Source: Candidatus Omnitrophota bacterium (GTDB taxonomy: Bacteria; Omnitrophota; Gorgyraeia; Zapsychrales; JBAZNR01). Taken from it: 64,000 nt of DNA. Positions within the stretch are counted from its first letter, which is position 1; every line of letters begins with the position of its first letter. The notes beneath the pieces are model-generated. The model did no database searches. It was not told where the DNA came from and saw only the letters and a list, made by a program, of their open reading frames with translations. Positions 40,162 through 49,941 of the stretch are shown here, piece after piece. The position numbers were made by a program, and so were the translations under genes. The stretch lies in contig JBAZNR010000001.1 in the NCBI GenBank assembly GCA_041649175.1, positions 1,103,497 through 1,167,496 on the forward strand, read 5' to 3'.

Positions 40162-42270
40162 TTGATACGCTCCGTGTCCATAAACGAATATTTCAAAAAT
40201 CCTTCCGTTATTAAAAAATGTGTCCTGCTGGTTTTTCTCCTTTCCCTTGTTGCTTCTGTTTGTTTAACGGTCTCTGTCTGGGATATTAATTTCTGGCCAA
40301 CGGATGCGGAAGCCTATTATTTACCCGCGGCAACAAAGCTATTTTCGCTTTCGCATATTTCTCAAATGCATGAAGCATTGGATGAGGCCCGTACGAAATG
40401 GCTTCATGGAAAAGAAATATTTATCTTAGCTTCCGCGGCTTTCCAGAGACTGTTGAGCGATGAAACGACTTTACGGCCGCTGATCTTGGTTTGTATTTTC
40501 GCCGTAGGGCTATCGTCCATTTTAGTGTTTTTTGTGACGAGGTTTTACTGGGGAACTTTGGTGGGCCTCGCTTGTTTCTTTATTTTTACGACGTGTTTTT
40601 GGCCTTATCAATATGTTCTTTTTGTTAAGCATCAGCCCTTAGGGCTGTTTTTCTTTTTATTGTCAGTCTTTTTATTGCAACAAGCCGGCCGGAGGAATAT
40701 TTTCTATGTTTTTTCCGGCGCATCCTTGTGCCTAGCTATTTATTCCTCCACAGTTTCCAGTCTTTATATCCCGTATTATCTCGCAGTTCTCTTTCTTATT
40801 ATTAGGGAAGACAGAACAAGGGTGCTGCTTAAAACAATTTTAGGTATTGGCGGTTTCCTTTGCGTATTTTTCTACGTTAATTATCCCGATATGATCGGCA
40901 ATATCAAAAGTTATTGGGAATACGTTCAGATCAGCAGTTCGTACAATCATTTTTATTATAATCAGCCTGTTTTGCGTCAATGGATCGAGCATCCCGACGG
41001 AAATGTACGCGGAGGCTGGCCTTGGATCATAAAATATTTTCTTTTGATCATGCCGGTGCTTTTCCCCCTTTTTATCTTTTGCGTAGGGTATCTTATTAAA
41101 AATATTTTTTCTACCAAGAAACTTTCATCTCGTTTTGCCATCGCGGGATTGATCTTGCTGAGCGTTTCAGGATTAGTGTTAGCTGAAGTAAAACAAGTAG
41201 CTCAATACGGTGCGAATTATTTTTCATTTTTGGTCGGGATCATCATGCTCACAGGGTATTCGCTTTTTATTTTCTTGCAAAGCGAATGGTTTAAAAAAGC
41301 TTCGATTAATTCTAGGCGGCTTGTTTTTTCTTTGCTTGTCCTTGTTTTTATCACGAATTGTTTTATTAATGCTTATCTTTACTTCGGCGATGTTTATCCT
41401 TCGCGAATGGCCACGACATTTTTATCCCGCGAGATCAAGAAGCGCGGCATTGCTGAAGTTTATACCTATGCCAAGCATCCGTATAAATACAATATGGTGG
41501 ATTGCCTTGATCCGGCGCTTTTAAAAGAGTTAAGGTTTGTTCGTATGGCGAACATTTCTCAGCCGCAAGCCGGCGTTATCTTGATGCCGCCAGTGACCGG
41601 AAAATCTATTTATCGGGACATTAACCGTAATACGTATAATGATTTTGATGAAGATATTTTCTTAAATGAGCTTTGGCGAAAAGGGAACTTTTATGATTAT
41701 GTCCTTGCTTCATTTCCGACGCTGTCATCTAGCCGTATCTGGCCTCACGAGGAAGAAGTTTTGAGCTATAAATATTTGATGCTAGGCCAGATCGGCCAAG
41801 AAGATCTGGACAAGGGAAGAGTTTGGCTGTTGGATGCTAAAAGAATCTATGAAGATCAGAAGGAAAATATTCCGTCCGCGGAATTCGTTCATTTGGTGCG
41901 TGACGGAGTACGCAATATCGGAACTCAAAAGGCTCTTTACATGTTTGAAGGGAATAAGCAGCGCGTTGCCAAGCCGGTTTCCATGGACAATCTTTCACTG
42001 CGGATCTATAAAGTTGGTAATCCTAAGGATAGTTTAGTGGCGTATCTTTACGGGATTGAAAAAGAACAGCCCGTTTGGATCCCGTCCGGCAAGCATTATG
42101 CCTCTTATCCGGTGCCGGCAGTAGACATTGCCGCTGATCCTTTTGGAGCATCGGTTCAATTTCGATTTCCTGAAGCCCTAGCTTTAGAGCCCGGGCCGTA
42201 TAATTTAGTTGTTTATCGCACGGGGGCACTCGACGACAGCAATTTTTATCGTATTTACATCAATGAATAA
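40162..42270 (+). CDS. Large polytopic membrane protein: about 13 TM over ~440 aa plus a ~260 aa soluble C-terminal domain. Possibly a GT-C-type glycosyltransferase-like protein
   Basis: Hydrophobicity pattern only. TTG start. No catalytic motif I can name. Confidence 0.35.
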   Translation: MIRSVSINEYFKNPSVIKKCVLLVFLLSLVASVCLTVSVWDINFWPTDAEAYYLPAATKLFSLSHISQMHEALDEARTKWLHGKEIFILASAAFQRLLSDETTLRPLILVCIFAVGLSSILVFFVTRFYWGTLVGLACFFIFTTCFWPYQYVLFVKHQPLGLFFFLLSVFLLQQAGRRNIFYVFSGASLCLAIYSSTVSSLYIPYYLAVLFLIIREDRTRVLLKTILGIGGFLCVFFYVNYPDMIGNIKSYWEYVQISSSYNHFYYNQPVLRQWIEHPDGNVRGGWPWIIKYFLLIMPVLFPLFIFCVGYLIKNIFSTKKLSSRFAIAGLILLSVSGLVLAEVKQVAQYGANYFSFLVGIIMLTGYSLFIFLQSEWFKKASINSRRLVFSLLVLVFITNCFINAYLYFGDVYPSRMATTFLSREIKKRGIAEVYTYAKHPYKYNMVDCLDPALLKELRFVRMANISQPQAGVILMPPVTGKSIYRDINRNTYNDFDEDIFLNELWRKGNFYDYVLASFPTLSSSRIWPHEEEVLSYKYLMLGQIGQEDLDKGRVWLLDAKRIYEDQKENIPSAEFVHLVRDGVRNIGTQKALYMFEGNKQRVAKPVSMDNLSLRIYKVGNPKDSLVAYLYGIEKEQPVWIPSGKHYASYPVPAVDIAADPFGASVQFRFPEALALEPGPYNLVVYRTGALDDSNFYRIYINE

Positions 42271-42300
42271 GGATTTTTAGCTAAATTTAAGCAAATTATC

Positions 42301-42329
42301 TTTACAAGAATTATGAATTCTTATATGAT
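42301..42329 (+). promoter_or_regulatory. Putative gcv promoter TTTACA-17-TATGAT with a perfect palindrome AAGAATT-ATG-AATTCTT in the spacer (candidate operator)
   Basis: Seen directly at 42301-42329, about 85 nt upstream of gcvT. No glycine-riboswitch motifs in this leader. Confidence 0.3.
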
Positions 42330-42413
42330 GGCAACGTGTCTTAGCATTGATCGCCTCATTGACGAGTACTTTCCTTATAATACGTAGTTCCTAGATAGAA
42401 AGCTTTATTTTTC

Positions 42414-43523
42414 ATGTTGTCGCACGTTGATACGCCGCTAAAACAAACGCCTCTTTATTCCGCACATATTGATCTTGGCGCAAAAGTTGTTCCGTTCGCC
42501 GGATGGCAAATGCCTGTTTCGTATCCTTCTGGGATCTTATCTGAATGCCAACAAACCAGGACCTTGGCCAGCCTTTTCGATACTTGCCATATGGGCGAAT
42601 TTCTAGTGGAAGGCGACTGTTTTCAAAGCGGTTTGGATGCTTTGGTAACTGCCAGTATCAACGATATGCCGGTTAAAACCTGCCGCTATGCGGTAACGCT
42701 TAATGACAACGGCGGTATTATTGATGACCTGATCGTTTATCGGCTTGCGCCAGACCAATGGATGATCGTTGTCAACGCCGGCAATATTGATAAAGATGAA
42801 AAACATTTCTTGAGCCATCTAAAGAGTGAGAAATCTTTTAAAAATATTTCTCCCGAAACCGGAAAGCTCGATATTCAAGGACCCTTAGCCCGAGAGATCT
42901 TAAAAGATATGGTGAAGGGAATTGAAAAGCTTAATTATTATTCGTTTGATCATTTTGACGTTTTAGGAGAACGCTGCATTGTCAGTCGAACGGGCTATAC
43001 GGGCGAATTAGGGTTTGAAATTTATTTTCCCCGGCATAAAATTAATATTCTCTGGGAGCGGCTTTTAGAAAATAAAAATATTAAACCCGCGGGTTTAGGC
43101 GCTCGCGATATCCTAAGAGTAGAGATGGGCTATAGCCTTTACGGGCAAGATCTCGATGACGCTATTTTGCCTTTAGAAGCAGGATTAGATAAATTTGTGG
43201 ATCTCAGTAAAGATTTCTGCGGTAAAGACGGCCTTTTGAAAGAAAAACAGTCCGGAATAAGAAGAAAAATGATCTATTTTTGCTCGGAAAGCCGTCGGGC
43301 GCCGCGCCATCATCATAAAATATTCCAAGAAGATGGTCGGGAAATCGGTTTTGTGACCAGCGGAACTTTTTCTCCGTTCTTGCAAAAAGGAATTGGTTTC
43401 GCTTTGATCGATCGCGCTATTGACCTCAAAGGACAACCAATATTTTTCGGCGATGAAAAAAACAAAATTGCCGCTCAGTTGGCAGGAAGGCCATTTTATA
43501 AAAAAGGAACGTTAAAAATTTAA
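42414..43523 (+). CDS. gcvT: Glycine cleavage system aminomethyltransferase (T protein)
   Basis: TPLYSAHIDLGAKVVPFAGWQMPVSY...FDTCHMGEF N-terminal block. Confidence 0.9.
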   Translation: MLSHVDTPLKQTPLYSAHIDLGAKVVPFAGWQMPVSYPSGILSECQQTRTLASLFDTCHMGEFLVEGDCFQSGLDALVTASINDMPVKTCRYAVTLNDNGGIIDDLIVYRLAPDQWMIVVNAGNIDKDEKHFLSHLKSEKSFKNISPETGKLDIQGPLAREILKDMVKGIEKLNYYSFDHFDVLGERCIVSRTGYTGELGFEIYFPRHKINILWERLLENKNIKPAGLGARDILRVEMGYSLYGQDLDDAILPLEAGLDKFVDLSKDFCGKDGLLKEKQSGIRRKMIYFCSESRRAPRHHHKIFQEDGREIGFVTSGTFSPFLQKGIGFALIDRAIDLKGQPIFFGDEKNKIAAQLAGRPFYKKGTLKI

Positions 43524-43563
43524 CTTAAAGATCCCGGAATTTGCGGGCAAGCGGAGGATAACG

Positions 43564-43953
43564 ATGGAAGTTATGAAGCATTATTTTTATACCAAGGAAC
43601 ATGAGTGGATCAATATTGACGGTGAAACAGCATATGTCGGGATCACCGAATACGCTCAGTCGGCTTTAGGTGATATTACTTTTGTTGAATTGCCTAAAGT
43701 GGATAGCGAGGTAGAACAATTTGAGCGTTTGGCGGCGGTTGAATCCGTTAAAGCGGCCAGTGATATTTTTTCGCCGATGTCAGGCAAGGTTATTGAAGTA
43801 AACACTGCTCTTGATTCAAAGCCGGAGTTGATCAATAAATCTTGTTTTGAGAATGGGTGGATCGCAAAAATTGAATTAGCGGATGAGGAAGAAAAATCCA
43901 ATCTTATGACGGCTGCTGAATACGAAAAATTCTTAGAAGGCCTAGAAGAGTGA
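43564..43953 (+). CDS. gcvH: Glycine cleavage system H protein (lipoyl carrier)
   Basis: EHEWI...GITEYAQ and the lipoyl-lysine context VESVKAASDIFSPMSGKVIEVN. Confidence 0.9.
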   Translation: MEVMKHYFYTKEHEWINIDGETAYVGITEYAQSALGDITFVELPKVDSEVEQFERLAAVESVKAASDIFSPMSGKVIEVNTALDSKPELINKSCFENGWIAKIELADEEEKSNLMTAAEYEKFLEGLEE

Positions 43954-45290
43954 ACCCCTATATTGCCAATACCGACGAAGAAGTAAAATTGATGCTTGAA
44001 GCCGTTGGCGTTAAGTCTATCGACGGACTTTTTGCGGACATCAAGCCTCATCACCGTCCTAAGTCGTTCAATATTCCCCAGGGAAAATCCGAATTTGAAG
44101 TTCTGGAATATATCAATCATTTAGCCAAGAAAAATGCGGACGACCTTACGCTTTTTATCGGCGGTGGTTATTACGATCATTACACGCCAGCGGCAATTAG
44201 CGCTCTTATTTCCCGAGGAGAATTTTATACAGCCTATACGCCCTATCAGCCGGAATGTTCGCAAGGGACACTGCAGGCCCTTTATGAATATCAAAGTTGC
44301 ATTTGCGCCTTAACGGAGATGGAAGTCTCCAATGCTTCTTTGTACGACGGAGGAACGGCTCTTTATGAAGCCATGATGATGGCTTTGCGTGTGACCGGAC
44401 GAAATAAAGTGATCGTAGATGGCGGGGTTAGCCCAATTTATCGGAAGATCATCAAAACCTACACTAGCAATTTAAATATTGAATTTAAAGAAACGCCTGT
44501 TGTCCACGGACAAAGCGACCGCAGTGAAATAACAAAACTTTTAGATGATAAAACCGCGGCAGTTATTTTACAGAATCCGAATTTCTTTGGCGCCATTGAT
44601 GATCATTCGGATATTGCGCAAAAAGCGCACACGTGCGGGGCGCTGGTGATCGAAAGCGTTTATCCGGTTTCTCTTGGTATCCTTAAAACACCCGGAGAGA
44701 TGGGTGTGGATATCGTAACCGGAGAAGGGCAAAGCTTAGGATTGTCGCTTAATTTTGGCGGGCCTTATTTGGGATTTATGGCAACGCGTCGGGAATTTGT
44801 CCGAAAGATGCCGGGACGAATTGTTGGCCAGACGGTCGATTCGAAAGGCCGGCGTTGTTTTGTCAATACTTTACAAGCCAGAGAACAGCATATCCGACGG
44901 GAAAAAGCCATGTCAAACATCTGCACCAATGTGGCTTTGTGCGCGACTCAGTCATTGATGTTCATGTCGCTTTTAGGAAAACAAGGATTAAAGGAATTGG
45001 CTCAGCTTAATTTAGACAAAGCCGAGTTTGCCCGCCAGGTGATCGGAAAGATCAAAGGCGTTGAAGTCAAAAAAAGTTCCCCGACATTTAATGAGTTTTG
45101 CGTTTTTTTACCCCAAGATGCTTCTAAAGTTGTGGCGGCTATGATTAAAAAGGGGTTTGCGGCCGGTTTTCCATTGGGCCGTTATTATCCGGGCATGGAA
45201 AACTATTTATTAGTGGCGGTCACCGAAAAACGCACCAAAGAGGAAATTGAGAAATTCGCGCAAAATTTAAAGGATGTCCTATGGAATTGA
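43950..45290 (+). CDS. gcvPA: Glycine dehydrogenase (decarboxylating) subunit 1
   Basis: Typical split P-protein N-terminal subunit: FIGGGYYDHYTPAAI...YTPYQPECSQG. Confidence 0.9.
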   Translation: MNPYIANTDEEVKLMLEAVGVKSIDGLFADIKPHHRPKSFNIPQGKSEFEVLEYINHLAKKNADDLTLFIGGGYYDHYTPAAISALISRGEFYTAYTPYQPECSQGTLQALYEYQSCICALTEMEVSNASLYDGGTALYEAMMMALRVTGRNKVIVDGGVSPIYRKIIKTYTSNLNIEFKETPVVHGQSDRSEITKLLDDKTAAVILQNPNFFGAIDDHSDIAQKAHTCGALVIESVYPVSLGILKTPGEMGVDIVTGEGQSLGLSLNFGGPYLGFMATRREFVRKMPGRIVGQTVDSKGRRCFVNTLQAREQHIRREKAMSNICTNVALCATQSLMFMSLLGKQGLKELAQLNLDKAEFARQVIGKIKGVEVKKSSPTFNEFCVFLPQDASKVVAAMIKKGFAAGFPLGRYYPGMENYLLVAVTEKRTKEEIEKFAQNLKDVLWN

Positions 45291-46747
45291 TTTTTGAAAA
45301 AAGCGTGACGGGTCACAGAGGATTTAGAGTTTCCAATTCCGATGTTGGAGTGCAGGCCCATTTGCCGGCACAATATTTGCGCGTGAAAGATTCCCAGCTT
45401 CCAGAAGTGACTGAACTTGATTGCGTAAGGCACTTTACGCTGCTATCCCAGCTTAATTTTTCCGTCGATACGCAGTTTTATCCTTTGGGCTCATGCACTA
45501 TGAAATATAATCCAAAGTTTACGGAAAAAGCGGCCAGTCTTTCCGGATTTGCCAATTTGCATCCGCTTTTACCGCAGTTAAAGGGCGGTGAATTATTTAC
45601 TCAGGGTGCTTTAGAAGTTTTGTATGAAATGGATATATTATTAAGCGAAATCACCGGCATGGATGATTTTACTATGCAGCCGCTCGCCGGAGCGCACGGA
45701 GAATTGACCGGAGTTATGTTGATGGCGGCGTATCATCGTGCCAAAGGCAATAAGAAAAAATACATTATTATTCCTGATTCCGCGCACGGAACTAATCCGG
45801 CATCCGCCGCGATCGCCGGTTATGAGATCATTTCCATTCCATCCGATAAAAACGGGCTGATGGATATTGTGAAGCTCAAAGAAAAGTTAAATGCGGATGT
45901 GGCCGGTGTGATGTTGACGTGCCCTGACACTTTAGGTATTTTTAATCCGGATATCGATAAGATCACCAAAATGGTTCACGATGTGGATGGATTAGTTTAC
46001 TATGACGGAGCTAATCTCAATCCGATCTTAGGGCGGTGCCGTCCGGGCGATGTCGGATTTGATATCATGCATATTAATTTGCATAAAACATTCAGCACGC
46101 CTCATGGTGGCGGCGGCCCCGGATCCGGCCCTGTTGGCGTTAAAAAGAAGATTTCCGCATTTTTACCTATTTCGCGCGTTGTCAAAAGAGACGACGGTGC
46201 GTTCGCGCTTGATTACGACTTTCCTGATTCCATCGGATATATCGCATCTTTTTACGGAAATTTTGGGCTTATCTTAAGAGCGTTCGCGTATATCTTGATG
46301 CTTGGCAAAGAAGGCCTTTTAGAGACAGCCAATCACGCGGTTTTAAACGCGAATTATATTCGAAGCAAGTTAAAACAATATTATCATCTTCCTTTTGACC
46401 GCATCTGTATGCACGAATGCGTTTTTTCGGCTTTGCGGCAGGCTGAAAAAGGCGTGCATGCTATTGATATCGCGAAATTTTTGATCGATAAAGGCATCCA
46501 CCCTCCGACAGTTTATTTTCCTCTCATTGTCAAGGAAGCGGTTATGATCGAACCGACCGAAACAGAATCAAAGAAAACCATGGATCATTTTATTGCCACA
46601 ATGATCGAAGCAGCTCAGCTGGTTGAAAAAGATCCGGACATGTTCCACTCGCTTCCGCTGACAACGCCTGTGAGCCGCCCCGACGAGGTTAAAGCGGCGA
46701 AAGACATTGATTGTAATTTCTTTTTTAAGGGAAGACCCGGGCAATAA
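45281..46747 (+). CDS. gcvPB: Glycine dehydrogenase (decarboxylating) subunit 2
   Basis: PLP-lysine region MHINLHKTFSTPHGGGGPG. Confidence 0.9.
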   Translation: MELIFEKSVTGHRGFRVSNSDVGVQAHLPAQYLRVKDSQLPEVTELDCVRHFTLLSQLNFSVDTQFYPLGSCTMKYNPKFTEKAASLSGFANLHPLLPQLKGGELFTQGALEVLYEMDILLSEITGMDDFTMQPLAGAHGELTGVMLMAAYHRAKGNKKKYIIIPDSAHGTNPASAAIAGYEIISIPSDKNGLMDIVKLKEKLNADVAGVMLTCPDTLGIFNPDIDKITKMVHDVDGLVYYDGANLNPILGRCRPGDVGFDIMHINLHKTFSTPHGGGGPGSGPVGVKKKISAFLPISRVVKRDDGAFALDYDFPDSIGYIASFYGNFGLILRAFAYILMLGKEGLLETANHAVLNANYIRSKLKQYYHLPFDRICMHECVFSALRQAEKGVHAIDIAKFLIDKGIHPPTVYFPLIVKEAVMIEPTETESKKTMDHFIATMIEAAQLVEKDPDMFHSLPLTTPVSRPDEVKAAKDIDCNFFFKGRPGQ

Positions 46748-46756
46748 TTTCTTTAT

Positions 46757-47491
46757 ATGGTCTTAAAAGACATATCATTTTCTGATCCGCTAGAAAATAT
46801 TCTTTTTGATGATGTTCTTTTGCAATTAGCGGAAGAAGGCCGTCAAGGAGAAGCGCTGCGGTTCTGGGAATCAGAGAAATTGTTCATTGTTTTGGGGCGC
46901 ACATCTCGTCCCGAGCAGGATTTGCGCAAAGAAACAGTTCTTCAAGATAATATTTTAGTGCTACGTCGTTCATCGGGCGGAGGAACTGTTTTGCAGGGAA
47001 AAGGCTGTTTGAATTTTTCGCTTATTTTGTCTAAACAAGCTAACGTGCAAGTCGCAACGATCCATAAATCCTATGAATTTATTTTAGGAAATGTCATTGC
47101 CGCTTTAAAAAATCTTGGTGTTGACACTTTTTTTAAGCCCATTTCTGATCTTGCCATGATGAATGGCCCAAATGAGCAAAAGATATCCGGCAATGCCCAG
47201 AAAAGAGGCAAAAAATTCGTTTTACATCACGGAACAGTGTTGTATAATTTTCCGTTAGGGAATATTGAGCGCTATCTTACGATACCGCAAAGTGTTCCCG
47301 AATATCGTCGCGGGCGAAGCCATTTGGATTTTGTTGCCAATTTTCCTAAGCCGGCCGGTGACATCAAGCAGGCGATCCGGTCAGTTTTTAGTGCCAACAA
47401 AGAAGAGCCTGTCACCTTTCAAGAAAAAGAACACCTTGAGTATTTAAAGAGAACTAGGGATATTGTCGTAGATGTATCGCGCGTTGTTTAA
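46757..47491 (+). CDS. Lipoate-protein ligase / octanoyltransferase family protein (BPL_LplA_LipB catalytic domain)
   Basis: RRSSGGGTVLQGKGCLNFSLI and a conserved Lys in NAQKRGKKFVLHHG. Adjacent to gcvH. Confidence 0.65.
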   Translation: MVLKDISFSDPLENILFDDVLLQLAEEGRQGEALRFWESEKLFIVLGRTSRPEQDLRKETVLQDNILVLRRSSGGGTVLQGKGCLNFSLILSKQANVQVATIHKSYEFILGNVIAALKNLGVDTFFKPISDLAMMNGPNEQKISGNAQKRGKKFVLHHGTVLYNFPLGNIERYLTIPQSVPEYRRGRSHLDFVANFPKPAGDIKQAIRSVFSANKEEPVTFQEKEHLEYLKRTRDIVVDVSRVV

Positions 47492-47515
47492 TTTGGTCCA
47501 ATTCACAAAGGAGGA

Positions 47516-47758
47516 GTGATGGCGAACTATACGAAGGGAAGAAAGCTGTCCGCTGCAACAAAAAGGAAAATGAGTTTAGTAAAGATAGGGAAAAGAAATT
47601 CTTTTTACGGCAAGCATCATACGGCTCAGGCAAGAAAACGCATCAGCCTTGCCGCAAAAGGAAAGAATAATCCCATGCACGGCAAGACGCATAGCCCTGA
47701 AGCTAGAAGGAAGATAGCTTTGGCTATGAAGCGTCGCTGGGTTCGCATAGGCCGTTAA
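47516..47758 (+). CDS. Stand-alone 80-aa basic protein made of three NUMOD3-like repeats (a DNA-binding motif of homing endonucleases)
   Basis: Repeats GRKLSAATKRKMSLVKIG / GKHHTAQARKRISLAAKG / GKTHSPEARRKIALAMKR match the G-K-x-H-S/T-x-E-x-+-x-K-I-S NUMOD3 pattern. Strong RBS AAGGAGG. Confidence 0.5.
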   Translation: MMANYTKGRKLSAATKRKMSLVKIGKRNSFYGKHHTAQARKRISLAAKGKNNPMHGKTHSPEARRKIALAMKRRWVRIGR

Positions 47759-47786
47759 GGTTTCATATCATTTACCGGGGCGTTTA

Positions 47787-48191
47787 ATGCAAAAAAGCAT
47801 TTTTTCGACGAGCTTTTTGTTCGTTATGGCGTGTGTCTTTTTCGTCTTTCTGACATACTCCTTTGCCGGCCTTATTGATTATGAAAGGCTGAGGCGTTTA
47901 AGAGAAAAGGGGCAAACCTTAACGCCGCAACAAGAAAAAGAAATGTATCCTTCCTGGGTTGTCGGTGAACCCAGGGTTAAGGATGTAGCCGAACGCCGTT
48001 ATGACATTAACCGCGACGGGCTTTTGCAAAGCGCCGAAACAAAAACGTTTTTGCGCGATGTCCTGGATGAAGTCGAATCAAAAAACGGTTATTTGGTCAA
48101 TTCCGACATCCTCAAGGAATACGACAAGAACAAAGACGGGATCATCAATCGTTTTGAATCAGAAACGATACGCCAGCAAGTAACTCGTTAA
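47787..48191 (+). CDS. Secreted EF-hand calcium-binding protein
   Basis: Signal/TM N-terminus. Two canonical EF loops: DINRDGLLQSAE and DKNKDGIINRFE. Confidence 0.6.
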   Translation: MQKSIFSTSFLFVMACVFFVFLTYSFAGLIDYERLRRLREKGQTLTPQQEKEMYPSWVVGEPRVKDVAERRYDINRDGLLQSAETKTFLRDVLDEVESKNGYLVNSDILKEYDKNKDGIINRFESETIRQQVTR

Positions 48192-48248
48192 CACAACTTA
48201 GATCTTTTTTCGTTAAGAATTATTTTTGCGCAATAGCAACGCCGCCGT

Positions 48249-49565
48249 ATGAAAACACAGACCAGGGTTTTTAAGTTTCTTTTTTTATTGGGCGTCTTTA
48301 CGATTTTCCTTTTGAACAATCCTCTTCAAAAATATTCCGCAGGTGTTTCTACAGCTCGGGCAGTTTTTGCCGAAGAAGAAACAAAAACTGCCCCCGTAAG
48401 CGCGAATCCTCATCAGGCATATCTTGATTTCTTTGAGCGTGTTTACGACATGATGGACAAGAATTATTATCGCCCCGTTAGCCGGCAAGTTTTTGATCAG
48501 TTTGTCGAGAAATTTGATTCGGCCATTTACGCCAAGCTTGCGGCGAGCGGCAAGTCCAGTGATTTTATCCGGTGGCGCAGCGCGGCTTTTTTAGTAGAAA
48601 ACCTTAAATCTCCCGAAGATACTTTTTCGGCATTTTTCCCGCCGAAACCGGCAAAAGATTTTGAGCAAAAAGTTTTAGGCGAGCGTGTTGATCTTGGCAT
48701 TGAAGGAAAAGCGGCCGCCGAAGGTTATATTGTTTCTCGCGTAGAGCCTCGTTCGGATGCGTATCTCAAAGGCTTAAGAGAAAATGATATCATTTTTAAA
48801 ATTGCCGGTTTGGATATCCGGACATTATCCGAAGAAAAGATCAATGAACTGCTCAATCCTTTAATGGACACGCTGGTCAGCCTTCAATATAAAGAATACG
48901 CGACCAAGCAGGAGAAAACCGTTGATGTTTTAAGTCAGGAGTATTACAAGCAGTCGGTTTTTATGGTTCCGGTTGATGTTCCCGGGATTTTTTGTTTAGA
49001 AATTCGTACATTCAATCGAAAAACATCCGAAGATATGTTGCTTTTTCTGTCTTCGATCGAACAGCAGGGCAGCTTAGGGCTGATCTTGGACCTACGCGGA
49101 AATCCCGGCGGTCCGCCTTTAGCGGCCGGTGAAATTGCCGGATTCTTTTTACCCGGCGGCCCGGAAATTGCTTACTTCCAGAGGAAAGACAATCCGACCG
49201 GAATGTTAACGGCGGCTGATCTTCCGGAAAAATATCATTATAAGGAACCCATTGTGATCCTGGTCAACAAAGAAAGCGGCAGCGCGTCCGAGTTGTTTTC
49301 CGGTGTTTTGCAAAAGTTCGGCCGGGCAATCTTGATGGGCGACTATACAGCCGGAAAAGTTTTGCTTAAAAGCATGTTCCATTTTGACGATGAATCGATG
49401 GTCCTTTTAGTAACAGCCCGCGGTCATTTTTATGATGGGTCGGAATTTAGTTTTGACGGGTTAAAGCCCGATGTTCTGACTGCGGAAAACGATGCTGATC
49501 TTGCGCGTTCCGCGGCGCATTTTCTTTTTCAGAAAAGCCGCTTATCTAAAGAAAAAGGACAATAA
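48249..49565 (+). CDS. ctpA: C-terminal processing peptidase (S41 family, Tsp/CtpA-like) with a PDZ domain
   Basis: Signal peptide. DLRGNPGG and the catalytic Ser/Lys context KESGSASELFSG...TAGKVLLKS. Confidence 0.75.
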   Translation: MKTQTRVFKFLFLLGVFTIFLLNNPLQKYSAGVSTARAVFAEEETKTAPVSANPHQAYLDFFERVYDMMDKNYYRPVSRQVFDQFVEKFDSAIYAKLAASGKSSDFIRWRSAAFLVENLKSPEDTFSAFFPPKPAKDFEQKVLGERVDLGIEGKAAAEGYIVSRVEPRSDAYLKGLRENDIIFKIAGLDIRTLSEEKINELLNPLMDTLVSLQYKEYATKQEKTVDVLSQEYYKQSVFMVPVDVPGIFCLEIRTFNRKTSEDMLLFLSSIEQQGSLGLILDLRGNPGGPPLAAGEIAGFFLPGGPEIAYFQRKDNPTGMLTAADLPEKYHYKEPIVILVNKESGSASELFSGVLQKFGRAILMGDYTAGKVLLKSMFHFDDESMVLLVTARGHFYDGSEFSFDGLKPDVLTAENDADLARSAAHFLFQKSRLSKEKGQ

Positions 49566-49566
49566 A

Positions 49567-49935
49567 ATGATCGCACTCGTTATTTTAAAGATCGTCTTAA
49601 TTCAAGTTGTTGTCATTGCTTTTATTATTTTTGCGCTAAAAAAGATCTTGGACCGCCAATTGATCGAATTTGCCGTTCATAAAGTTGAACTGACGCCGGC
49701 GGAAGAGCTAGGGGCAGGCCTTAAAGAAGTTATTATTATTACAGCCGATGGCAAATTTCAGGAATTATCCCAAAAAAAGATCCTGCATGCTATTTCCAAG
49801 AAGTTAAATCGGGTCGTCGCTTTAAATATTCAGCAAGACAAAACGATCAGAGGCGGCGCGATCATTAAAGTTAATAAAACGGTCATTGATTGTAGTCTAA
49901 CCAGTCGCCTTAAAGAAAGCGGCTTACTGCGGTAA
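49567..49935 (+). CDS. Small membrane-anchored hypothetical protein. Start reassigned to the ATG at 49567, right after the ctpA stop
   Basis: N-terminal TM helix IALVILKIVLIQVVVIAFIIFAL. The ORF-track extension upstream overlaps ctpA. Confidence 0.35.
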   Translation: MIALVILKIVLIQVVVIAFIIFALKKILDRQLIEFAVHKVELTPAEELGAGLKEVIIITADGKFQELSQKKILHAISKKLNRVVALNIQQDKTIRGGAIIKVNKTVIDCSLTSRLKESGLLR

Positions 49936-49941
49936 TATTTC

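Noticed and set aside
40162-42270. Calling the 702-aa polytopic membrane protein an oligosaccharyltransferase (PglB/STT3) linked to Asn-x-Ser/Thr-rich cargo proteins
   Set aside because: No WWDYG or DxD-type STT3 motifs were found. The sequon density in the cargo proteins is not clearly above chance. Left as an uncharacterised membrane protein.
42271-42413. Glycine riboswitch expected upstream of gcvT
   Set aside because: None of the conserved aptamer blocks (GGAGAG...CTCTGGAGAG...ACCGAAGGGGCAA-like) are present in the leader.
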